Shown here in pieces: positions 1-6,412 of a stretch of DNA of 64,000 bases. Source of the stretch: Synergistota bacterium. GTDB lineage: Bacteria; Synergistota; Synergistia; Synergistales; 79-D21. The stretch spans positions 2,664 to 66,663 of the forward strand of contig JALHIN010000014.1 of NCBI GenBank assembly GCA_022839995.1, written 5' to 3'. Position 1 is the first letter of the stretch. Each line of letters begins with the position of its first letter. The notes beneath the pieces are model-generated. The model was not told the DNA's origin and did no database searches. It worked only from the letters and a program-made list of their open reading frames with translations. The position numbers and the translations under genes were made by a program.

Positions 1-296
1 AGACCGGAGGAAAACCCGCGTGGCAACTGATCTGGCCTGTGTTCGGCGCTTCCAACCAGCTGGTCGCCGCACTTGCCCTTCTTGCCGTCGGGGTGTGGAT
101 CATCAAGGGGCTCAAGAAGAGTGCGAACTTTGTCATGATCCCGATGGTGTTCATGCTCGTGACGACCATAGCCGCCCTTTTCCTGCTCATCAAGGACAAC
201 TTGAGCAACCTGATCCTTTCGGGGATTTCTGTCGTCCTGCTGCTGCTGGCCGTGATGCTGGTCAAGGAAGCATGGGCTGCGCTGAAGAAGGCCTAG
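1..296 (+). CDS. cstA: carbon starvation protein A, C-terminal fragment (5' end outside window)
   Basis: Open in frame 3 from the window edge to TAG at 294-296. The translation ...IWPVFGASNQLVAALALLAVGVW... matches the conserved CstA C-terminal membrane region (E. coli ...LWPLFGISNQMLAAVAL..., from memory). Confidence 0.8.
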   Translation, partial: TGGKPAWQLIWPVFGASNQLVAALALLAVGVWIIKGLKKSANFVMIPMVFMLVTTIAALFLLIKDNLSNLILSGISVVLLLLAVMLVKEAWAALKKA

Positions 297-355
297 GGAG
301 GGCAACGCTCGCCCGCAGTCTCTGCCATTTCTTCAGTTGCCCTGCACGATGTGAT

Positions 356-397
356 GAAAAAAGCCAGGAAGGGCACAATGCCCTTCCTGGCTTTTTT
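356..397. terminator. bidirectional rho-independent terminator between convergent cstA and the zinc-ribbon gene
   Basis: 13-bp stem GCCAGGAAGGGCA (363-375) / TGCCCTTCCTGGC (379-391), flanked by an A-run (356-362) and a T-run (392-397). Confidence 0.75.
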
Positions 398-408
398 CCC
401 GCTGTGGT

Positions 409-582
409 CTACTTTTTCAATCCGGGGACACTGAAGCTTTTGGCTCCCCAAGATTTTCCCTTCAGGGGTTTCCCCTCGATCAGGTGAACGAAGCGGCTCA
501 GGCACTTCGGACATTTCAGCGTCGAGGGCTTCTCTTCGAGTTCGAATTCGTGGTTGCAATTCAAACAGCGAAATTTCGTCAT
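409..582 (-). CDS. small zinc-ribbon protein (57 aa)
   Basis: MTKFRCLNCNHEF...LKCPKCLS contains two CxxC pairs. GGAGGAGG lies 6 nt upstream of the ATG at 582. The ORF-track start at 618 has no RBS. Confidence 0.6.
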   Translation of the reverse strand: MTKFRCLNCNHEFELEEKPSTLKCPKCLSRFVHLIEGKPLKGKSWGAKSFSVPGLKK

Positions 583-759
583 GCCGATCCTCCTCCTTCT
601 CCCAGAAAGTTTTCTCACAAGGCTAAGATATTATAAGGGAAACATGGCTTGAACGGAATGGAAGGAATGTTTTGAATATCGAGACGAGCCCTCTTGAATC
701 ATAGCAATGAAAATACAGATGAAGGTATAATACAATCAATTCTGAAAAGGAGGAATCTC

Positions 760-960
760 ATGAGGATCGGACTTGTAGTGCCCGACATGTCCTGTAGCCA
801 TTGTGCAGAAAGGATCCGTCGCGCTCTTGAGCAAATCGGAATCCAGGCGGAGGTAGACTTGCAAAACAAAACCGTCATCCTGGATGCGAAAGATGTAGAG
901 GAAGCCCGAAAAAAGCTGGAGGAGATCGACACTCCCGTGAAAAACACATTCGAGGTTTGA
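760..960 (+). CDS. heavy-metal-associated (HMA) domain protein, CopZ-like metallochaperone
   Basis: MRIGLVVPDMSCSHCAERIRRALE carries the M-x-C-x-x-C metal-binding motif at the expected position of a ~66-aa HMA fold. AAGGAGG lies 7 nt upstream of the ATG at 760. Confidence 0.7.
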   Translation: MRIGLVVPDMSCSHCAERIRRALEQIGIQAEVDLQNKTVILDAKDVEEARKKLEEIDTPVKNTFEV

Positions 961-1007
961 ACCCGGACTTGTAAAGAAAGGCAGCTCTTCGGCCTGGAGG
1001 TGAACGG

Positions 1008-2726
1008 ATGGTGCGCGAACTTTCGATCGTTCTTTGCGGGGCAGCGGGGCAAGGGGTTCAGACCGTTGAGGTCCTGCTGGTAAGGGCCTTGGGGAGAAGC
1101 GGCTTCCATGTTTTCTCCACAAAGGAATCAATGTCCCGTGTCAGAGGGGGCAACAATTCTACGGAAATTCGGGTTTCGGAGGAACACACGGAGGCCTTTG
1201 TCGATCGGATCGACCTTTTGGTCCCGCTCAACAGCGGCCTTCGAAAGAATATCTGGAAGCGGCTCGGCCCCGATACGCTCGTGCTTGGAGACAGGGAAGA
1301 ACTGAAAGAAGAATTCGCAAGCAAGGAGTTTCGGTTCCTCGACGTCCCCTTCCTGGAAATTGCAAGGGAAGCGGGGGGCGCTGTCACCGCGAACAGCGTC
1401 GCAGCAGCCGTTCTATGTGCCCTTTTTCGAATCGAGTTCGAAATCCTTGACGACCTCCTGAAGGAGCGGTTTGGAAAAACTCCGGAAGTTCTGGAAAAGA
1501 ACCTGCTTTCTGCAAAAAAGGGATACGAGCAGGGCGTCCGACTTCTGGAAGAGGGCGTTTTCGCCCTGAAAACGCCCAAGCCTGACCCGAACTGGCGTCC
1601 CTTGCTGATCGACGGCCACAAGGCGGTTTCTCTCGGGTCGCTCGCCGGGGGGTGCAATTTTGTAACGGCTTACCCCATGTCTCCCGGATCCGGTGTGCTG
1701 GCCTTCATGGCGCAAAACGCTTCGCGGTTCCAGATTGTCGTGGAGCAGGTAGAGGACGAGATCGCGGCGGTCAACATGGCACTTGGGGCCTGGTCTGCCG
1801 GGGCGCGTGGAATGGCCACGACGTCGGGTGGAGGTTTCGCTCTCATGGAAGAGGGGATCAGTCTTTCTGCGGTTACGGAAATTCCCCTGGTGATCCACCT
1901 GGGGCAAAGGCCCGGTCCTGCTACCGGCATGGCGACCCGGACTGAGCAAGCGGACCTGGAGCTGGCCCTTTACGCGGGTCACGGGGAATTTCCGCGGGTT
2001 CTGTTCGCTCCCGGAAACGCAAGAGAGGCATTTGAACTTTCCAGGCTGGCCTTCGATTGGGCGGATCGATACCAGGTCCCTGTGTTCATCCTGACGGACG
2101 AATACCTCCTGGACAGCATCTTCGAATTAGAATCCCTTCCGGTAGAGAGTGAACCCTTTTCCCGCCATTTCGTGGAAACGGAGCCGGGTTACGCGAGGTA
2201 CCGGGTAACGGAAAACGGCGTTTCGCCGAGAGGGATCTTCGGCCACGGCCGGGGCCTGGTCCGTATCGACAGCCACGAACATGACGAGAAGGGACATATC
2301 GAAGAAGACTTCGACGTCCGCGAGCGCATGCAGAAAAAGAGAATGTCGAAACTTCGGCTCCTCGAGGCGGCAGCTCTCCCGCCGACCGTAAAGGGAGATC
2401 CCCAGGCGCAAACCAAGGTCTTTTGCTGGGGGTCGACGGGACCGATCGTAGCCGAAGCGCTTGACCTGCTAGGAAGGGAAGATGTTTCGATGGTTCACCT
2501 GAAGCAGGTTTACCCCTTGCACCCTTCTGTCCGGACCCTGGTGGAACAGGCAAGGAGGGTCGTCGTCGCGGAGGGAAACTCGACCGGCCAGCTTGCCCGC
2601 TTGATCCGGCTTTACACGGGCAGGGAGGCTGAGCACCGGCTTTTGAATTTCAGGGGGCACCAGTTTTCCGTCGAGGAAGTTTCCGAGGGTCTCGGAAAAA
2701 TCCTGGAAGGGGGGGAACCGGAATGA
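1008..2726 (+). CDS. 2-oxoacid:ferredoxin (acceptor) oxidoreductase, alpha subunit with fused gamma-like N-terminal domain
   Basis: 572 aa. The N-terminus IVLCGAAGQGVQT is gamma-domain-like and is followed by a KorA/PorA-like core (AYPMSPGS..., TTSGGGFALM). Its stop overlaps the beta subunit start (ATGA). Substrate is not assignable from sequence. Confidence 0.85.
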   Translation: MVRELSIVLCGAAGQGVQTVEVLLVRALGRSGFHVFSTKESMSRVRGGNNSTEIRVSEEHTEAFVDRIDLLVPLNSGLRKNIWKRLGPDTLVLGDREELKEEFASKEFRFLDVPFLEIAREAGGAVTANSVAAAVLCALFRIEFEILDDLLKERFGKTPEVLEKNLLSAKKGYEQGVRLLEEGVFALKTPKPDPNWRPLLIDGHKAVSLGSLAGGCNFVTAYPMSPGSGVLAFMAQNASRFQIVVEQVEDEIAAVNMALGAWSAGARGMATTSGGGFALMEEGISLSAVTEIPLVIHLGQRPGPATGMATRTEQADLELALYAGHGEFPRVLFAPGNAREAFELSRLAFDWADRYQVPVFILTDEYLLDSIFELESLPVESEPFSRHFVETEPGYARYRVTENGVSPRGIFGHGRGLVRIDSHEHDEKGHIEEDFDVRERMQKKRMSKLRLLEAAALPPTVKGDPQAQTKVFCWGSTGPIVAEALDLLGREDVSMVHLKQVYPLHPSVRTLVEQARRVVVAEGNSTGQLARLIRLYTGREAEHRLLNFRGHQFSVEEVSEGLGKILEGGEPE

Positions 2727-3589
2727 ATCCGAGGGAGTACGACATCGAGCCGGTCGATTTGTCCTGGTGCCCAGGTTGCGGCAATTTCCAGATCCTTTCG
2801 GCCCTTAAGGAAGCCCTTGCGGAGCTGAAGATCCCACCCCAGGAAGTGGTGTTGGTTTCCGGGATCGGCCAGGCTGCGAAGACCCCGCATTTTATGAAGG
2901 GCCACATCATCCAGGGACTCCACGGGCGGGCTCTCCCCGTTGCCACTGGCGTGAAGGCGGCAAATCCAGGACTGACCGTTTTGGCGATCGGCGGAGACGG
3001 GGACATGTACGGAGAAGGAGGGAACCACCTGCTGCATACAATAAGGAGAAATCCCGACCTGACCAATCTCGTTCACAACAACATGGTTTACGGGCTGACA
3101 AAGGGACAGGCATCACCGACAAGCCCCCTGGGGCTGAAGACCCCGGTCCAGGTCGAGGGAGTGATATCGGAACCACTCAATCCGGTGGCCCTGGCCATTT
3201 CGCAGGGAGCTTCGTTCGTGGCCCGGTCCTTTTCTGCTGAAACCGAGCTGACGAAGGATCTCATCAAGGCGGCGATCCGCCATAAGGGGTATGCTCTCGT
3301 CGATATTTTCCAGCCGTGCGTCTCGTTCAACAAAGTGAATACCTACAAGTGGTTCCGGGAAAACACGTTTGTGCAAGAGAGCAGCCCTGAGGAATTGAGA
3401 GACCGCCGTAGGGCAATGGAACTGGCCCTGTCTGGGCCTCCCTTCCCCCTCGGAATCCTCTACCGGGAAGCATCCGGAAGGCCGTCGTTCGAGAACCTGC
3501 TCCCGGCGTACCGGAGAAACAGTGAGCCCCTCTGGAAGCGGACTCCCGATCGTGATGGAATCGAGGCCTATGTCGAAACGCTTAGGTAG
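2723..3589 (+). CDS. 2-oxoacid:ferredoxin oxidoreductase, beta (TPP-binding) subunit
   Basis: WCPGCGNF, SGIGQAAK and GGDGDMYGEGGNH match the TPP-binding signature of KorB/PorB-type beta subunits. Confidence 0.85.
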   Translation: MNPREYDIEPVDLSWCPGCGNFQILSALKEALAELKIPPQEVVLVSGIGQAAKTPHFMKGHIIQGLHGRALPVATGVKAANPGLTVLAIGGDGDMYGEGGNHLLHTIRRNPDLTNLVHNNMVYGLTKGQASPTSPLGLKTPVQVEGVISEPLNPVALAISQGASFVARSFSAETELTKDLIKAAIRHKGYALVDIFQPCVSFNKVNTYKWFRENTFVQESSPEELRDRRRAMELALSGPPFPLGILYREASGRPSFENLLPAYRRNSEPLWKRTPDRDGIEAYVETLR

Positions 3590-3612
3590 GGGAAACCGAA
3601 AGGAGGTTGGGA

Positions 3613-4227
3613 ATGATGACTGAAGACATGAGGATCAAGCCTGGGGACATCCTGAAGGATTTTCTGCTGTTCGACCAGGACAAGAACGAGTGGAGGCCTT
3701 CTTCTTGTAAGGGGAAGAGAATTCTGCTGTCCTTCCACCCCCTGGCCTGGACCCCGGTCTGTGCCGACCAGATGAAGTGCCTGGAGAGGGACATGGCAGT
3801 TTTTGAAAGCCTCGACACCGTGCCGGTGGGCATCAGCGTCGATTCTGTTCCCTGCAAGGCTGCCTGGGCAAAAGAGCTGAAGCTCGAGAAGCTGAGGATC
3901 CTTTCGGACTTTTGGCCTCATGGCGCGGTGGCGAAGGAAATGGGGCTTTTCAGGGAAACGGAAGGCTTCTCGGAGCGCGCCAATGTTCTCGTTGACGAGC
4001 AGGGCGTCGTCGTTTTCTCGAAAGTGTACCCGATCTCCAAGCTGCCCGATCTTCAGGAGATCGTGCATTTCCTCAAGGAACTGCACCATGCCGGAGTGGA
4101 GGGGAATGTGCCGGCAAAACAATGCATGGTGGACTTGAAAGGCAATTCCCTTTGCGTTGAAGATTCCAGGAATGCGGGCATTCAGTCGACCTCTGACCGG
4201 CACTTGGCCGAAGGAGGGGAGGGATAG
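3613..4227 (+). CDS. peroxiredoxin, AhpE-like 1-Cys type, with ~45-aa C-terminal tail
   Basis: HPLAWTPVC fits the Prx motif PxxxTxxC, and LSDFWPHGAV resembles mycobacterial AhpE (from memory). AGGAGG at 3601-3606 lies 6 nt before the ATG at 3613. Confidence 0.85.
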   Translation: MMTEDMRIKPGDILKDFLLFDQDKNEWRPSSCKGKRILLSFHPLAWTPVCADQMKCLERDMAVFESLDTVPVGISVDSVPCKAAWAKELKLEKLRILSDFWPHGAVAKEMGLFRETEGFSERANVLVDEQGVVVFSKVYPISKLPDLQEIVHFLKELHHAGVEGNVPAKQCMVDLKGNSLCVEDSRNAGIQSTSDRHLAEGGEG

Positions 4228-4230
4228 TGA

Positions 4231-4731
4231 ATGCGTCCTGAAAAGGGGACACGGGCCCCGGAATTCAGGCTGGAGGCTGCTGGGGGAAAAACCTTCTCGC
4301 TTTCCGATTTCAGGGGGAAGTGGGTGGTCCTGTTCTTTTATCCGAAAGATGGGACAAAGGGCTGAACCGAGGAGGCGGTCGCCTTTTCGGGCAGGATGCC
4401 CGAGTTTGAATTGGAGGATGCCGTCCTTGTCGGGATCAGCGCCGATTCGGTCAAGTCCCATGAACGGTTTGCCGAGAAAAACGGAATCAGGACCCTGCTC
4501 TTGAGCGATCCGGAAAAGGGAGTGATCCGGTCCTACGGGGCCTGGGGGGAAAAAAAGATGTACGGCAAAATTGTTGAAGGGATCGTCCGCTCAACGTTTC
4601 TGATCGATCCGGAAGGAACAGTGAGATGGACCTGGATTCCCGTAAAAGTGCCCGGGCATGCGGAGGACGTGCTTGAAACGCTCCGGCGGATAAAGGAAGA
4701 TTTTCCCAAGCAGTCCGAAGGGGGGAAATGA
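4231..4731 (+). CDS. bcp: Bcp/PrxQ-type peroxiredoxin with in-frame UGA (predicted selenocysteine) at the peroxidatic position
   Basis: ATG at 4231 follows GGGGAGGG. The frame is continuous to TGA at 4729-4731 except for TGA at 4363-4365. The translation FFYPKDGTKG[UGA]TEEAV equals PxxxTxx(C->U). Both flanks are Bcp-like along their full length (~166 aa). A hairpin lies directly 3' of the UGA. Confidence 0.7.
4363..4402 (+). promoter_or_regulatory. UGA codon plus candidate bacterial SECIS hairpins
   Basis: Hairpin 1 has stem 4367-4376 (CCGAGGAGGC) paired with 4381-4390 (GCCTTTTCGG, including 2 G-U pairs) and loop GGUC at 4377-4380. Hairpin 2 is CGGGCA/UGCCCG at 4388-4402 with a GGA loop. Confidence 0.5.
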
Positions 4732-4732
4732 A

Positions 4733-5077
4733 ATGAAAAGACCTTTCGTTCCTTTCTTGGCATCGATCGTCCTGGTTTTCCTGTGCGGTATCGCTGCGGC
4801 GCATCCCCCCTCTTCCCTGGAGGCTGCTCTCCAGCCCGACGGGAAACTCCGGATTCTTGTTTCCCACACGGTCAACGACCCGGTAAAACACTTCATCAAT
4901 CGCGTTGTCGTCTCCAGCGGAGGAAAGGTGATCGCCGAGGAAAGATTCAACCAGCAGGCGGACAGGACAGGGCTCGTCGTCGAGATCCCGGCGGGTGATC
5001 TCTCAAAGGGACAAACCGTGCTGGTCGAGGCGGATTGCAACATTTTCGGAAGCTTGAAAAAGGCCTTCACCCTTTGA
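4733..5077 (+). CDS. exported superoxide-reductase-like (desulfoferrodoxin Fe-domain-like) protein with variant metal site
   Basis: Signal peptide MKRPFVPFLASIVLVFLCGIAAA|HPP. The segments AHPP, SHTVNDPVKHFI and EADCNIFG parallel the SOR motifs KHVP, HPxxxxHxI and CNIHG (from memory), but the last His is Phe. The gene starts 1 nt after the bcp stop. Confidence 0.5.
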   Translation: MKRPFVPFLASIVLVFLCGIAAAHPPSSLEAALQPDGKLRILVSHTVNDPVKHFINRVVVSSGGKVIAEERFNQQADRTGLVVEIPAGDLSKGQTVLVEADCNIFGSLKKAFTL

Positions 5078-5092
5078 ACCCGTTTTTTCCAT

Positions 5093-5134
5093 AGAGGAAG
5101 GGGAGGAAGCTCATGAGCTTCCTCCCCTTCCTCT
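5093..5134. repeat. near-perfect 42-nt palindrome / very stable hairpin between convergent genes
   Basis: aGAGGAAGGGGAGGAAGCTC-AT-GAGCTTCCTCCCCTTCCTCt. The arms are 5093-5112 and 5115-5134. There is no adjacent U-tract on either strand. It abuts the stop (5135-5137) of the minus-strand gene. Confidence 0.6.
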
Positions 5135-5887
5135 TCAGGGCTTCCAGGAAAGCTCGGCGATTTTCCTGAAATTGAAGTTCAGGATCGCCTCGGCTGAGGG
5201 TTTCCCTCCCTCTGATAGGGCTTTGAAATCGCTCTCTAGGGCCTCGTAGGCCTTTTTCCTTCCCAGATCCACTTCATGTTCCCTGACGGTTTGAACAATT
5301 CGAAGAAGCTGCTTGTAGACCTCAGGAGCGTTCGTGAGTACGGGGCCCGTTTCCCCGAGCTGGATGCAGTAGACATAGGTCAGGATTTCCTTCCCCTGGT
5401 ACTCGGGCAACCTGAAAAAGGCCGGGAGAGCCGGTGAAACATAGAGAAGGATTCCACGGGGAACGGAAAGCCTCGGGCGGATGGCATCCCATAGCGTTTC
5501 TCCGATAGGGCTGACCGCAAGCCAGAGTCGGGGCTGCCGGCTTAGAAGCGAGATCCAGAGAACGGTTCCCTGCGAACGGTCGTTCCAGTTGACAAATGAA
5601 AGTTTCCAGATAAGGTCAGGTTTTGAGTCCCGATCCACTTTCAGGGTGGAAGAAATTTCCCCGGTAAGCGAAAAGCCAACGATCTCTGTTACGGGCTGGA
5701 TTCCCGCAGGTGTCCGGAGGACGGCTTGGGACACGACACCGGCTTCTTCCCTTAGGACGAGATAGATGGGATAACCGGGAACGGAAAGGACCCGGGTGTG
5801 CGCAAACGCGGTCCGGCTTCCGGCAATAACCGCAAAAACGGCAAGGAGCCATGCGATAGTGAGGACTCGTTTACGTGTTCCTTGCAT
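5135..5887 (-). CDS. hypothetical exported protein (250 aa)
   Basis: N-terminal signal peptide MQGTRKRVLTIAWLLAVFAVIAGSRTAFA. GGGAGG precedes the ATG. I recognise no motifs. Confidence 0.6.
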   Translation of the reverse strand: MQGTRKRVLTIAWLLAVFAVIAGSRTAFAHTRVLSVPGYPIYLVLREEAGVVSQAVLRTPAGIQPVTEIVGFSLTGEISSTLKVDRDSKPDLIWKLSFVNWNDRSQGTVLWISLLSRQPRLWLAVSPIGETLWDAIRPRLSVPRGILLYVSPALPAFFRLPEYQGKEILTYVYCIQLGETGPVLTNAPEVYKQLLRIVQTVREHEVDLGRKKAYEALESDFKALSEGGKPSAEAILNFNFRKIAELSWKP

Positions 5888-5911
5888 CGAAAAACCTCCC
5901 TTGAGAAAGGG

Positions 5912-6412
5912 TTAAAGGCAGGTGATGCGCGAGAAAGTCGCATCTTCCGCCTTGAAGCGTTCGGCCAGGACGATGATCTCCAGCCCCAGTACGGGGTGAA
6001 TCCAGCTCGGCGCGATTTCAGCCAAAGGAACGAGCACGAAAGCCCTTTCGGCGATTTGGGGATGCGGGATTTTCAAAGACTCGTCCTCGTAAACGAGATC
6101 CGGTATCAGGAGCAGGTCAAGGTCGATTTCTCTCGGTCCCCACCTTTCTCTTTCCTTCCGGCCCATTTCTTTTTCGATTGTTTTCAGGAGGGCAAGGATG
6201 GAAGGCGGGGATTCTCCGATTTCCAAGATCAGGGCAGCATTTAGGAATCGGGGCTGATTCGTGAACCCGAAAGGTGGAGTTTCAAAAACGGTGCTCGTGG
6301 CAAGGACCGTTCCCTTTTCCCGGAGGCGGGCGACGGCCTGCCTGAGGTTCCCCAGGCGGTCACCGAGGTTGCTGCCAAGCCCGATGGCCGCTCTTGTCCG
6401 CGCCAGGGTCAT
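5912..6412 (-). CDS. folK: 2-amino-4-hydroxy-6-hydroxymethyldihydropteridine diphosphokinase (HPPK)
   Basis: AAIGLGSNLGDR, FLNAA and WGPREIDLDLL are HPPK signatures. The start at 6412 overlaps the folP stop (ATGA). Confidence 0.85.
   Translation of the reverse strand: MTLARTRAAIGLGSNLGDRLGNLRQAVARLREKGTVLATSTVFETPPFGFTNQPRFLNAALILEIGESPPSILALLKTIEKEMGRKERERWGPREIDLDLLLIPDLVYEDESLKIPHPQIAERAFVLVPLAEIAPSWIHPVLGLEIIVLAERFKAEDATFSRITCL

Noticed and set aside
20-487. 155-aa + strand ORF running across the cstA 3' end, the terminator and the zinc-ribbon gene.
   Set aside because: It is out of frame with the CstA homology, crosses a strong bidirectional terminator, and has no motif.
4157-4504. 115-aa ORF bridging the end of the first Prx gene and the start of bcp in another frame.
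   Set aside because: It overlaps two well-supported genes out of frame. The product is Arg/Ser/Pro-rich with no motif and no RBS.
4231-4731. Alternative reading of the split bcp as a nonsense-mutated pseudogene or a sequencing error.
   Set aside because: I kept this as the null hypothesis but consider it less likely. The stop is TGA (not TAA or TAG) and falls precisely on the catalytic Cys codon. The downstream frame remains intact and conserved for 120 codons, and a strong hairpin follows immediately. The genome-level selABCD check is still needed.
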